Positions 1 through 9,615 are shown, counted from the stretch's first letter. The stretch is DNA of 64,000 nt from Casimicrobiaceae bacterium (GCA_025056355.1 JANWWI010000004.1:24300-88299), one strand, 5' to 3'. Notes: a model not told the origin generated them from the letters alone. Numbers and translations: made by a program.

Positions 1-37
1 CCCCGTCCAAGAAGGCGGCCAACGCGAGGCTGCCGCG

Positions 38-796
38 GTGTCGATCGCGCAGGGCGATTTAGTCGCGGGGCTCGCGCGCGGGCTCGCGGTGATCGAAAGC
101 TTTGACGACGAGCACCCGCGGCAAAGCATTGCCGAGGTTGCGCGCCGCGCGAGCCTTTCGCGCTCCGCCGCGCGACGGCACCTGCTGAGTCTCGTGCACT
201 TCGGCTATGCCGATACCGACGGGCGCCGCTTCTGGCTGTTGCCGCGCGTGCTCCGGCTCGGGCAGAGTTACCTTAGCAGTGCGCGCTTGCCGCGGCTCGT
301 GCAGCCCTTTGCGCAGCGCGTCTCACAAGCCACCGGCGAGACCGTCAACGTGAGCGTGCTTGATGGCCACGAAGTGGTCTACATCGCGCGCAGCAATCCG
401 CCGCGTCACCTGGCGGTGGGCTACGCGGTGGGTGCGCGCGTGCCGGCCCACGTGGTGACCCCGGGGCCGGTGATTCTTTCGACGTGGAGCGAGGCGGCAC
501 TCGTGCGTTGGATCGCCGAGCATCCCTTCACAAAGTTCACGGCCAAGACGGTCATCGAACGCGATGTCTTTCTCGATGAAGTACGGCAAGCGCGGGAACA
601 AGGCTTCTGGGTGACCGTGGGGCAATACGATGCCTCGTTTGCCGGAATTGCCGTGGCGCTCGTCGATCGACGTGGGCACTGCCACGGCGCGATGAGCACG
701 ACCGTACTGGCGTCGCTCTACACCCCCGAACGGATGGTCAGGGAGCTGCTGCCGCACCTGCGCGAGGCGGCACAGACGTTGCGCTCGATTTTGTGA
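38..796 (+). CDS. IclR-family transcriptional regulator (PcaR/PobR-like)
   Basis: N-terminal HTH 'GLARGLAVIESFD...IAEVARRASLSRSAARRHL' followed by IclR effector domain; GTG start. Confidence 0.9.
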   Translation: MSIAQGDLVAGLARGLAVIESFDDEHPRQSIAEVARRASLSRSAARRHLLSLVHFGYADTDGRRFWLLPRVLRLGQSYLSSARLPRLVQPFAQRVSQATGETVNVSVLDGHEVVYIARSNPPRHLAVGYAVGARVPAHVVTPGPVILSTWSEAALVRWIAEHPFTKFTAKTVIERDVFLDEVRQAREQGFWVTVGQYDASFAGIAVALVDRRGHCHGAMSTTVLASLYTPERMVRELLPHLREAAQTLRSIL

Positions 797-820
797 TCTT
801 CGCGGGGCGCGGCCCGAACG

Positions 821-846
821 AAAAAGGCGCCCGCAGGCGCCTTTTC
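821..846. terminator. Bidirectional rho-independent terminator
   Basis: AAAAAGGCGCC-CGCA-GGCGCCTTTT hairpin with A and T tracts, between convergent genes. Confidence 0.85.
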
Positions 847-869
847 CAACCCTCGACGCAGGGCCGCGC

Positions 870-1559
870 TTAGTCGTCCCCCCCGGTGATCCCGAGCAGC
901 GACAGCAGGTTCGAGAACACGTTGAAGAGGTTGATGTAGATCGACAGCGTGGCCGTGATGTAGTTGGTCTCGCCCCCGGTGATGATCTGGTTCAGGTCGT
1001 AGACGATCCAGGCCGAGAAAAGGCCGATGAAGAGGATCGTGACCGTGAGCATGAGCGCGGGCAGTTGGAACACGATCGCGCCGATCGCCGCAAGCAGGAT
1101 CACAAGGAACCCTACCCAGAGGAACTTGCCCATGCCGGTGAGCGAGCGCTTGATCGAGCTCGCAATGGCGGCCATCCCCGCGAAGATCGCGGCCGTTCCG
1201 CCAAAGGCGTACATGACGAGCGTGGCTCCGTTCTTGAGCTCAAAGATCCGCCCGAGCAGCATCGAGAGCCAAAAGCCCATCACAAAAGTGAAGGCAAGCA
1301 GCACCGCCACACCCGCCCCGGAGTTCTTGGTGCGCTCGATCGCGTAGCTAAAGCCAAAGGCAAGGGCCAAGAGGCCGAGCAGGTTCAGCCACCAGGCCCC
1401 GAAGCCGCGAAAGCCGAGCGCAAGCCCAAGCGCCGCCCCGGCCACCGTGGGCACAAGCGACAGCGCAAGCAGCAGGTAGGTGTTCCTCAGAACGCGGCTC
1501 TGACTCGCCGAAAGCGTGCCTGACCGCGGTAGAGGCGCCAAAACAGAGTCGTTACGCAT
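870..1559 (-). CDS. Bax inhibitor-1/YccA family membrane protein
   Basis: Multi-TM protein with 'VLRNTYLLL', 'GETNYITATLSIYINLFNVF'. Start moved to the ATG at 1559, which has a GGAGG Shine-Dalgarno. Confidence 0.9.
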   Translation of the reverse strand: MRNDSVLAPLPRSGTLSASQSRVLRNTYLLLALSLVPTVAGAALGLALGFRGFGAWWLNLLGLLALAFGFSYAIERTKNSGAGVAVLLAFTFVMGFWLSMLLGRIFELKNGATLVMYAFGGTAAIFAGMAAIASSIKRSLTGMGKFLWVGFLVILLAAIGAIVFQLPALMLTVTILFIGLFSAWIVYDLNQIITGGETNYITATLSIYINLFNVFSNLLSLLGITGGDD

Positions 1560-1888
1560 AAAAACCTCCCTCCAAATCCGTCCTTTCGCCGCGAAATGTA
1601 CGTCTGGCGCGTGACCCTTGCAACCGCCATTGACCGGGTCCCATTTCCTCGGGTTCCCGGCGGCTCGTGCGGTGCTGACGCGGGTGCGTGGGGCGATTCG
1701 GCAGCTGGCCTGCCGCATAAATTTTTGTGGCATGATTACACCCGCGGTGCGGTGCCTCTAAAGCCTGCGCCGGAAAGTCAGCGAGTTTCAGGTCCCGTAA
1801 GTTGCCCCGAGCGCCTTTGTGCCCGGCTGTTACTGCAGAGTCCTTGAAATGCGCGTCCGTTCTACTGTTTGTTTCAAGGATTCAGGCT

Positions 1889-2221
1889 ATGGGTATCCGA
1901 CTGTTTGTGGGCAATATCAGCTTTCGCGCCAACGCGGATCTGATTCGTCAAGCGTTTTCCGCCTTCGGTGAGGTGACCGACGTTCACCTGCCCGTCGATC
2001 GCGAGACCGGGCGCATGCGTGGGTTTGCCTTTGTCACGATGGGCAGTGACGCGGCGGCGCAAGCGGCGATTGCCGGCATGAACGGCAAGCCGATCGAGGG
2101 GCGGCCGCTGGTGGTCAACGAGGCACGCCCGGCCGAGCCCCGGTCCCCGCAGCCGTTTCGCGGGGGCGCGGACGGCTTTTCCCGCGGTGGCCTGCGGCGC
2201 GGCGGTAACCGGCGCTTCTAA
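1889..2221 (+). CDS. Single-RRM RNA-binding protein with Gly/Arg-rich tail
   Basis: RNP2 'LFVGNI' and RNP1 'RGFAFVTM', then 'VVNEARP' and an RGG-like tail. Confidence 0.9.
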   Translation: MGIRLFVGNISFRANADLIRQAFSAFGEVTDVHLPVDRETGRMRGFAFVTMGSDAAAQAAIAGMNGKPIEGRPLVVNEARPAEPRSPQPFRGGADGFSRGGLRRGGNRRF

Positions 2222-2254
2222 GCCTGCACAAGGCCGGACGCGCAGCGGGGCAGC

Positions 2255-2455
2255 TTAGCCGCGCTCGTTGAGCGTGCGCTGTAACCAGCGTGCGAATCGA
2301 AGCAGCAGGAGCGTCAGCAGCACCGCGCCGGCCACACCCGCTGCAAGCTGCCAGGCTTTTTGCTTCGGGAAGAGTAGAAAGCCGATCAGATAGCCGAACG
2401 CCCCGCCCGAGAGGACCCCGGTGAGCGTGCAGGCGAAGTAAAGAAACCAAGTCAT
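2255..2455 (-). CDS. Small two-TM membrane protein, unknown function
   Basis: 66 aa with two hydrophobic helices; ATGA-type overlap with the upstream thioredoxin-fold gene (2452-2455). Confidence 0.6.
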   Translation of the reverse strand: MTWFLYFACTLTGVLSGGAFGYLIGFLLFPKQKAWQLAAGVAGAVLLTLLLLRFARWLQRTLNERG

Positions 2456-2985
2456 CGTCGCCCACGCCGTGCCAGTTCATCGACAGCGGCCTTGGCCAGC
2501 TGCTCGACATACGTCGAGTAAAAATCCACGCTGGCAAGGCCGACGAGCGGCTCGCCGAGCGGCTGCCCCGCGGGGTCAACGATGACCACCGTCGGAGCGA
2601 AGCGCCCGCCGAGCCGCTCGGCAACATCGAGCGGCCGCACGCGCTTGCCGTCGAAGTCGATGAGTGGTGTGTTCCGGTCGATCACGATCTGCCGAAACAG
2701 TAGGCGCGATCCCCACTTCGGATCGCGGTACATGGGCACGAGCGCTTCGCGCAGCGCCCCACGGCAATACGGGCAGCCGGTGAGGCTGAAAAACAGCAAG
2801 ATCGGTTTGCCACTCAAGCGCGCCTCCCGCGCATCGGCGGAGAGGTTCTGCGCGGTGGGCAAAATCTGTTCGAGCTCTCGCCCCGAAGCCGAAACTGACT
2901 GCGCCCAGCTCGCGGTCGTGACGGCGCTCAAGAGCGCGAGACCCGATACGATTGCGCCCAGGGCCGTGTGACACAGACCCTTCAC
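2452..2985 (-). CDS. Exported thioredoxin-fold protein (SoxW-like)
   Basis: Signal peptide, 'LLFFSLTGCPYC' CxxC motif, 'FAPTVVIVDPAG'. GTG start at 2985 chosen by eye. Confidence 0.75.
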   Translation of the reverse strand: MKGLCHTALGAIVSGLALLSAVTTASWAQSVSASGRELEQILPTAQNLSADAREARLSGKPILLFFSLTGCPYCRGALREALVPMYRDPKWGSRLLFRQIVIDRNTPLIDFDGKRVRPLDVAERLGGRFAPTVVIVDPAGQPLGEPLVGLASVDFYSTYVEQLAKAAVDELARRGRR

Positions 2986-3020
2986 GCCGTACGCCCTTCG
3001 CAAGATCGTGCTCCTCGTCG

Positions 3021-3962
3021 ATGTCTGAACCGCTCGTGATTGCGACTCGTGAGAGTCCGCTCGCTCTGGCGCAAGCCCGGTACGTGCAAGACCTGCTTGC
3101 CAGTGTAGCCGCACCGCGTCCGGTGACGCTTGCGCCGATGACCACGCGCGGCGATCAAATTCTCGATCGCGCGCTCTCCAAGGTTGGGGGTAAGGGCCTT
3201 TTCATCAAGGAGCTCGAAGTGGCCATGGCCGAAGGTCGTGCACAGCTGGCCGTGCATTCGCTCAAAGATGTGCCGATGGTGCTGCCGCGCGGCTTTGCGT
3301 TGGCGGCGATCCTTGAGCGCGAGGATCCGCGCGATGCGTTCGTCTGCACGCGCTTTGCAAGCCTTGAGGAGCTACCCGCGGGCGCGCGGGTTGGCACCTC
3401 GAGCCTGCGCCGGGCAGCGCTTCTCAAGCGTCGCTACCCGAGCCTGAGCTTTGTTGCGGTGCGCGGCAATGTCAACACCCGGCTTGCCAAGCTCGACCGC
3501 GGGGAGGTCGATGCCCTGATTCTCGCCGCCGCGGGGCTCAAGCGTTTGGGCCTCGCCGAGCGCATCGGCGCGGTGCTGCCGGTGGAGGTGTCGCTGCCAG
3601 CACCCGGCCAAGCCGCCCTCGGGATCGAGGTGCGCAGCGAGGATGAAGAAACCGCTGAGCTTGTCTCGGCGCTCGATCACGCACCCACGGCGGTGTGCTG
3701 TCTCGCCGAGCGCGAAGTGTCCCGACAGCTCGGCGGTTCGTGTGAGCTTCCGCTGGCCGCCTATGCCGAGTGGGTCGAAGCTCCCCAGCCGCTTCGCTTG
3801 CGCGCACTGCTTGCAAGCCCCGATGGCCGACAACTGGTGCAGGCCGAGGCCTTCGGCAGCCCCGATGCCCCGGAGGCGCTTGGCGCCGAAGTGGCCAATC
3901 GCCTGCGCGCCGCCGGGGCGGACGATCTCATCCGTCAGATCCGAGAAGAAAGTGCCTCATGA
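3021..3962 (+). CDS. hemC: Hydroxymethylbilane synthase (porphobilinogen deaminase)
   Basis: 'IATRESPLALAQ', 'GGKGLFIKELE', 'VHSLKDVP', 'GTSSLRR', 'RGNVNTRL'. Confidence 0.97.
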   Translation: MSEPLVIATRESPLALAQARYVQDLLASVAAPRPVTLAPMTTRGDQILDRALSKVGGKGLFIKELEVAMAEGRAQLAVHSLKDVPMVLPRGFALAAILEREDPRDAFVCTRFASLEELPAGARVGTSSLRRAALLKRRYPSLSFVAVRGNVNTRLAKLDRGEVDALILAAAGLKRLGLAERIGAVLPVEVSLPAPGQAALGIEVRSEDEETAELVSALDHAPTAVCCLAEREVSRQLGGSCELPLAAYAEWVEAPQPLRLRALLASPDGRQLVQAEAFGSPDAPEALGAEVANRLRAAGADDLIRQIREESAS

Positions 3963-4786
3963 GCTCGCGTTTTGATTTTCATCTCGAACCCTCGCCGGGT
4001 GCGGTGCCGCCCTTGGGGCCGCTTGCCGGGGTGCGGGTGCTCGTGACGCGCCCGGCGCTGCCAGCCGCACGCACCGCCGCACGCCTTGCGGCCCTGGGCG
4101 CCGAGCCGCTTGTGTTTCCGACGCTTGTCATCGAACCGCCGAGCGATCCGGCGCCGCTTGAGCGGGCGCGCGCACGCTTGGCCGAATTTCATGCCGCAGT
4201 CTTTGTGAGCCCCAGTGCGGTTGAGATGACCCTTGCGCCCTACGGCGCCCGGCCGCTCGCTTGGCCCTGCGGAGTCACCGCCTTTGCCCCGGGCCCGGGC
4301 ACGGCGGAGGCACTTGCCGCGTGCGGCGTCGAGCCCGTACGCATGCCCGAGACGCGCTTTGACAGCGAAGGCCTGCTTGCACTTGCCGAGCTGTCGGCTG
4401 CCTCCGTGGCCGGGCGACAGGTGGTGATCTTTCGCGCAGAAACCGGCCGCGATCTGCTGCCTGAAGAGCTTGCGCGGCGCGGCGCAACGGTCGAGGTGGT
4501 GGCCGCTTACCAAAGTCGCGCCCCCGAAAGCGCTCCGACCGGGCTGGTCGAGCTGCTGCGGGACGGGCGTATCGATGCAGTCTCGGTCATGAGCGCGGAG
4601 GCGCTCGAAAATCTAGTGGCGCTTGTACCTGAGGCAGAGCGTGCGCGCCTCAGGGCGCTTGAGCTCTACGCAAGCCATCCGCGCATTGCCGAGCGCGCCC
4701 AAGCGCTCGGTTTTGCCAAGGTCACCACCACCGAGGCCGGCGATGCGGGACTCATCAGCGCGCTTCTTGCCCAGCATGCCGCCTGA
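3959..4786 (+). CDS. hemD: Uroporphyrinogen-III synthase
   Basis: 'VLVTRP', 'VFVSPSAV', 'SEGLL'; ATGA overlap with hemC. Confidence 0.92.
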   Translation: MSSRFDFHLEPSPGAVPPLGPLAGVRVLVTRPALPAARTAARLAALGAEPLVFPTLVIEPPSDPAPLERARARLAEFHAAVFVSPSAVEMTLAPYGARPLAWPCGVTAFAPGPGTAEALAACGVEPVRMPETRFDSEGLLALAELSAASVAGRQVVIFRAETGRDLLPEELARRGATVEVVAAYQSRAPESAPTGLVELLRDGRIDAVSVMSAEALENLVALVPEAERARLRALELYASHPRIAERAQALGFAKVTTTEAGDAGLISALLAQHAA

Positions 4787-5744
4787 GCTGATCAACATCG
4801 CACCGCTTCCGGCATTCATCAAAGCGCCGCTGGCCGAGCGCTTCGTGCTCCATGACCTCTACGGGGCCGGCAGCCGCGAAGCCCGCGCCGCGCTCATCGC
4901 GCAGGTGGGTCCGCGCATTCGCGGCATGGTGGCCTTTGGCGGCTCGAAAGTCACCCCGGAGCAGCTCGAGGCGCTGCCCGCGCTGGAGATCATTTCGGTC
5001 TTTGGCGTCGGCTACGACGGCATTCCGGTCGAATACTGCGCAAGCCGCGGCATCAAAGTGACCCATACCCCTGGCGTGCTCGACGATGAGGTGGCCGACA
5101 CGGCTGTTGCGCTCATCCTGATGACGCTGCGACGGCTGGTGGCGGCACACAAGTTCATCGAGCGCGGCGACTGGCTCAAGGGCCAGTTTCCACTCACGCG
5201 AACGCTTGTCGGAAAGCGTGTGGGTCTGGTCGGGCTTGGGCGCATCGGCCGTGCAATCGCCGAGCGCTTGGTCGCTCACAAAGCGCAGATCGCCTACCAC
5301 GCGCGCACACCCAAGCCGGTGGCATGGCCCTACTACGGCTGCGTGCTCGAGCTGGCGCGCCACAGCGATGTGCTTGTGGTGGCCACGCCCGGCGGTGCGG
5401 CCACCCGTCACCTGATCGATGCCTCCGTGCTTGAAGCCCTGGGACCCGAGGGCGTGCTGGTCAACATCGCCCGCGGCAGCGTGGTCGACGAGGCGGCGCT
5501 TGTGGCCGCCCTCGAGGCAGGACGCATCGCCGGTGCCGGGCTCGATGTGTTTGAGGACGAGCCGCGTGTGCCTGAGGCGCTTTTCCACCGCGACAACGTG
5601 GTGCTTTTGCCGCATGTGGGCAGCGCGACCGAAGAAACCCGCGCCGCCATGGGCCGGCTCTGCGTGGAAAACCTCTGTTTGCACTTTGACGGGCGGCCGG
5701 TTGCCACCCTCGTACCGGAGCTCGTCGGGCGGGTGTTGCCCTAG
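4776..5744 (+). CDS. D-isomer-specific 2-hydroxyacid dehydrogenase (glyoxylate/hydroxypyruvate reductase-like)
   Basis: 'GLVGLGRIG' Rossmann motif, 'NIARGSVVDE', 'GLDVFEDEP', 'PHVGSAT'. Confidence 0.92.
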   Translation: MPPELINIAPLPAFIKAPLAERFVLHDLYGAGSREARAALIAQVGPRIRGMVAFGGSKVTPEQLEALPALEIISVFGVGYDGIPVEYCASRGIKVTHTPGVLDDEVADTAVALILMTLRRLVAAHKFIERGDWLKGQFPLTRTLVGKRVGLVGLGRIGRAIAERLVAHKAQIAYHARTPKPVAWPYYGCVLELARHSDVLVVATPGGAATRHLIDASVLEALGPEGVLVNIARGSVVDEAALVAALEAGRIAGAGLDVFEDEPRVPEALFHRDNVVLLPHVGSATEETRAAMGRLCVENLCLHFDGRPVATLVPELVGRVLP

Positions 5745-7666
5745 GGCAGGCGCTTGAGCGGGATTGTGAGGCGCACGCTGTCGCGCCGTGCGAGCTCTAT
5801 CGTGAGCCCCTCCCCGATGCCGCTTTGCCACGGAAGCGGCAGCGTGTCCTCGCGCACGCTCACCCGCCAGCGCCCCGGTCGCACCAGGGGGAATTCAAAG
5901 CGCCCATCGGCGTCGCTGCGGGTGAAGTAGCGTCCATCGAGCACGATGAGCACATTGCCGGCGCCACGCTCGCCGGCATCGCGGCGGCCGTTGTCGTTTT
6001 CATCGAAAAACACCTCGCCTTCGATTGAGCCGGCGCCCGGCACCGCGGGGTTGCCCAAGACCTGCGGCGCGCGGCCGCGCTGCTCGCTCCAGCGTAACCA
6101 CGCGATCACATGGCTTCCGGCAAGCGGCACCGGCACCGTGGCCACCGGGGCAAGCGGATCGATCGAGGGACGCGGATCGAGCCGCCCGCGGGTGAGGCTG
6201 CCCTGCAGCTCAAGCACCCAGCCCGGCGCAAAGCGCCACTCGGCGAAGGCTTGGAGCGCCGCGCGCCGCTCACGCTCACCGCGCCGCTCATAATCCGCCA
6301 CCGCGCGCAGGAGCATTCCGCCCGTGGGCGAAAACTGAAGGTTGAGCGCAGCTCCGAAGAGCGGCAGCCGTTCGGAACGCCCCCGGTCGATCCACAACCC
6401 GCCGGTTGCCGAGGTGGCGAGCTTTAGGCCGTAGAGCTCGAGCCCGGCCCACTGCTGCTCAAGCGTTGCACGCCATTCGCGCTCGAAAACGCTCGCATCT
6501 CGCATCGCGAGCCGGGCTGCGGTTTCGCCAAGCGTGCTTCGGCTGCGGCAGTCAAGCTGGCCGCTCCACGCTTCCTCGCGGTAGTCGCGAAAGGCGAGGC
6601 CTGCCTGGCATTGGGCGTGCGGCCCAAGCCGCTGCCAGCCCGAAAGCGTGGCGTAGCGTCCGGCCGGGGTGTTTCGATTACGACTTTTCAGCTGCTCGAG
6701 GCTTGCTTCGAAACCCTGCTGTCCTCCGCTCCACTGAAGCCGCGCCTGCAAGGCCTCCACATTGCTCACAATCGGCGTGCCCGCCCAGCGCAAGTCCGGG
6801 TCAAGCCGTAGGGCACTGGCCCCGACAAGCCACCCGTTGCGACGCCACTCGGTTTCAAGCCAGGTGCCGAGGCGTTGCGCCTGTCCCGGCGGCTTGGAGA
6901 AAAGCTGTTGAGCAAAAAGCGTGAGCTCAGGCCCTTGATGACGAACGGCGGCCAGTGCCGAGCGGCCCGGCGACAGCGCAAGGCCGGTGGTGCCGATCCG
7001 GGTTTCATCGAGCTGTAGAGCCGCCGTCCAGGTGCCGGAGAATGCCGAGGCAAGCGGCTTGCCTTGCCACTCAACACCAAAGCTTGAGCGCAGGCCCTCG
7101 AGCCGTCGCCAGCGCGCAAACGGTGCCCCCTCGAATTGCCCGGGCGTGCCCGCACTGGCTTGGATGTGCAGCCCGAGTGCGGGGCTCCACCATTCGCCGC
7201 TTGCCCCCCAAAGCACTGGGGTGGGAAGGCCTACGCGCGCGGCACGGCGCACCACCGGGAGCGGCGCCCCGGCTACCACCCCGAGCTCATGATGGGCCCA
7301 CCACGTCCCGGAGAGCGGAAACTGGCGCTGGCGCAGCGAAAGCTGCGCGCTTTGCGGCCCCTGGATGAGTTGCGCCTCCAGCGACAGCGCACCGAAGTTG
7401 ACGGTGTCTAGCTGCGCGGCCAGGAGCGCTTGCTGGCCCAGAGGGTCTTGCTCTCGGCTTCGATGCAGGCCATAGCTCAGGCGAAACGTTCGCGGCAGCT
7501 CGGTGGCCGAGGCTTCGGCATCGGCGGCGCGCTCGGCGCCGGGCACGCTGAGCGGACGCTCATCGAGCACCCGGTCGACATACGAGGCGGCGGGCGTGTT
7601 TGCGCCCGTTTGTGTGCAGGCCAGTGCGAGCGCAAGTGCCGTCGCCGCAGACGGTCGCGGCATCAC
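5741..7666 (-). CDS. Putative outer-membrane usher-like beta-barrel with C-terminal SdrD-B/carboxypeptidase-regulatory-like domain
   Basis: Signal peptide and many amphipathic beta-strand patterns. C-terminal 'GSIEGEVFFDENDNGRRDAGERG...SDADGRFEF...PGRWRVSV'. Last gene of a secreted-protein operon. Confidence 0.65.
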   Translation of the reverse strand: MMPRPSAATALALALACTQTGANTPAASYVDRVLDERPLSVPGAERAADAEASATELPRTFRLSYGLHRSREQDPLGQQALLAAQLDTVNFGALSLEAQLIQGPQSAQLSLRQRQFPLSGTWWAHHELGVVAGAPLPVVRRAARVGLPTPVLWGASGEWWSPALGLHIQASAGTPGQFEGAPFARWRRLEGLRSSFGVEWQGKPLASAFSGTWTAALQLDETRIGTTGLALSPGRSALAAVRHQGPELTLFAQQLFSKPPGQAQRLGTWLETEWRRNGWLVGASALRLDPDLRWAGTPIVSNVEALQARLQWSGGQQGFEASLEQLKSRNRNTPAGRYATLSGWQRLGPHAQCQAGLAFRDYREEAWSGQLDCRSRSTLGETAARLAMRDASVFEREWRATLEQQWAGLELYGLKLATSATGGLWIDRGRSERLPLFGAALNLQFSPTGGMLLRAVADYERRGERERRAALQAFAEWRFAPGWVLELQGSLTRGRLDPRPSIDPLAPVATVPVPLAGSHVIAWLRWSEQRGRAPQVLGNPAVPGAGSIEGEVFFDENDNGRRDAGERGAGNVLIVLDGRYFTRSDADGRFEFPLVRPGRWRVSVREDTLPLPWQSGIGEGLTIELARRDSVRLTIPLKRLP

Positions 7667-8517
7667 GGCCGGAACTCGACCTCAAGGGCAAGCTTCCCGG
7701 CCGAGGCTTCGACCGCTCCCGAAAGCCGAAGCGGGTAGCGCAGCAGAGTTGTCCAGCGCTCCTGCGGGGCGGTGGGCACCAGAAGCACCCGCCGTGTCGT
7801 CCCGGGCAGGATCGGCACATCCTGGGGGCTCGCCTCGATGCGGCTGCCATCGGCTGCACGCAGTTCGACATACCCGCCCAGACGTCCATGGGCGTTGCCG
7901 CGGTTGGCGATTTCAAGCATCGGAAGCAGCGCACCGCCGTAGTCGCTGACCCCGGAGGAGACAAGCTCAAGCCGCGGTGCAGCCGCGCCCACAGACACAT
8001 AGACGATGACCGCGATACGCCCGGCCACACTGACGTTCAAGGCTCCGCCGGTCTGCGCGGCCTCAAGCCCCTCGATCATGATGGCGAAGCGGCACTCGCG
8101 GGCCGGGGTCTCGGCCGGCGGTTCGATTTCGAACCGAAAGCGGTGTTTGGCCCCGGGGCCCAGTGCCAGCTCGCGCCGCTCAAGCACCACCCAGGGGCGA
8201 CAGGACTCGGGGGCAAGGGCATCTTGAAAGACCGGCCCGCCGCTTGCATCGAGCTGCCAGTCGTTGGTGTAGATGCGATAGCGGCCGGTTTTCGCGCCCG
8301 CGTGTTCGATGTCGAACACCTGCCGCAGGCGCTCGCCGGGGCGCGCCTTGAGCTCAAAGCGCGGCGGGGAGACCAGTGCCGCGAATTCGGCACGCGCGCT
8401 CGCAGGCGCCACCGACATTGAAAGCTTGCCTGCGCAAACGACCACCCAGAGGAAGAACCGGGCCCATCCTGGTGCAGATTTAGTCTTCGTCGAAGTCGAA
8501 GCGAAACTCAAGATCAT
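7663..8517 (-). CDS. Putative periplasmic pilus chaperone (PapD-like/DUF916-like two-Ig-domain protein)
   Basis: 'VSPPRFEL..PGE', 'WVVLE..ELAL.PG', 'RIAVIVYV', 'IANRGNAHGR'. Start uncertain (8517 or 8418). Confidence 0.65.
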   Translation of the reverse strand: MILSFASTSTKTKSAPGWARFFLWVVVCAGKLSMSVAPASARAEFAALVSPPRFELKARPGERLRQVFDIEHAGAKTGRYRIYTNDWQLDASGGPVFQDALAPESCRPWVVLERRELALGPGAKHRFRFEIEPPAETPARECRFAIMIEGLEAAQTGGALNVSVAGRIAVIVYVSVGAAAPRLELVSSGVSDYGGALLPMLEIANRGNAHGRLGGYVELRAADGSRIEASPQDVPILPGTTRRVLLVPTAPQERWTTLLRYPLRLSGAVEASAGKLALEVEFRP

Positions 8518-8971
8518 ATTGAGCGCGCGACCAATTCGGCTGCGCCGTGAGCCGCAACTTCCATCGCTCGGAGAAGCCCTCTTCGGGTAGCGCGCCAGTG
8601 TAGACGAGCGCACGGCCGCCCGGCTGAAGCTGACCCGAGGCGAGCCGCCCGAGCGATTGCCACTCCACGGTGAGCCCGCTCGGCGCATCGGGTGCAAGCG
8701 CAAGCAAGATACGGCCGCTTCGCCCCGCGTAGGGGGAGGTGTTGATGCGAATCTGCACCTCGCCGCTTGCTTCCATCACGAAGGCCGAGCGATCAGGCGC
8801 GCTTGATCGGTTGAGCGTTCGCGTGGTGCTCCATTGCAGGCGAAGCGGTGCGGCCACAGTGCCACTGTCATCCAAGCGCACACCCTTGAGCTTGGCCTCG
8901 GCACTAAGCGTAAGGCCCGCGGAAAGGGCCCAAGCAAGCGATAAGACCAAGGCGCGCGAAGCGGTGCTCAT
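8480..8971 (-). CDS. Secreted beta-rich hypothetical protein (putative pilus adaptor/minor subunit)
   Basis: Signal peptide ending AEA; terminal alternating strand 'YDLEFRFDFDED'; tightly packed in the operon. Confidence 0.7.
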   Translation of the reverse strand: MSTASRALVLSLAWALSAGLTLSAEAKLKGVRLDDSGTVAAPLRLQWSTTRTLNRSSAPDRSAFVMEASGEVQIRINTSPYAGRSGRILLALAPDAPSGLTVEWQSLGRLASGQLQPGGRALVYTGALPEEGFSERWKLRLTAQPNWSRAQYDLEFRFDFDED

Positions 8972-8973
8972 GC

Positions 8974-9615
8974 TCAGGGGCTACTCAAGGTGTAGGAGAC
9001 CTGCGCGTTGTAGGTGCCCGCAGCTCGCAGAGCGCTGTTTGCGTAGCTGAACACGTGGCAGTTCTCGATGTAGGTGTTCGCGTTCACGGTCGTGAGCGTC
9101 TGCGTGCTCCCGGAAAACGTCCCCGCGGGGATGACGTTGGGGTTCCCGCTCCCCGGGGCTGAGACCGTCCAGCTCACCTGGCTGATGGGAATCGTATCCC
9201 CAGCCGCTGAGACCAGGTTGGCCGGTGAGGCAACACGCAGCGTGGCCGAGGCGGGTCCGTCGGCCGAATTGTTACGGCGGTAGGCCGCGCCGATGAGCAC
9301 GCTGTTGGGCACGCCGGCGCAAGTCGGCCAGTTATCTAGCAGGCTGTTGACCTGCGTGCTCGTGGTCGTCATCGTGACCGCAGTTCCGTTGCCGAGCTGT
9401 GCGGCGGGCACGTTAGCCTCGACAAGGTTGATCGTGGCGAGGTTGCCGTAGAGCACGCCGTTGCCGACATGCAAAAAGACGCTACGGGGCGCGGGCGTCA
9501 CCGAAAGCACCCACGCCTGCGCGGGCAGGGCCACACTCAAGGCAAGCGCACTTGCGGCCGCCCAGCCGAGCTTGGCATGAGCGCTGCGGCGATCATCGAA
9601 CGCTGCGGCCCGCAT
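8974..9615 (-). CDS. Secreted pilin-like subunit 2 (putative minor pilin)
   Basis: Signal peptide ending AQA; Thr/Ser/Asn/Gly-rich; two Cys; ends 'AGTYNAQVSYTLSSP'; paralog of 9697-10269. Confidence 0.7.
   Translation of the reverse strand: MRAAAFDDRRSAHAKLGWAAASALALSVALPAQAWVLSVTPAPRSVFLHVGNGVLYGNLATINLVEANVPAAQLGNGTAVTMTTTSTQVNSLLDNWPTCAGVPNSVLIGAAYRRNNSADGPASATLRVASPANLVSAAGDTIPISQVSWTVSAPGSGNPNVIPAGTFSGSTQTLTTVNANTYIENCHVFSYANSALRAAGTYNAQVSYTLSSP

Noticed and set aside
1584-1596. Palindrome TTTCGC-C-GCGAAA upstream of the yccA-like gene
   Set aside because: Single short palindrome with no second copy or recognisable regulator consensus; could be chance or a 5'UTR hairpin.
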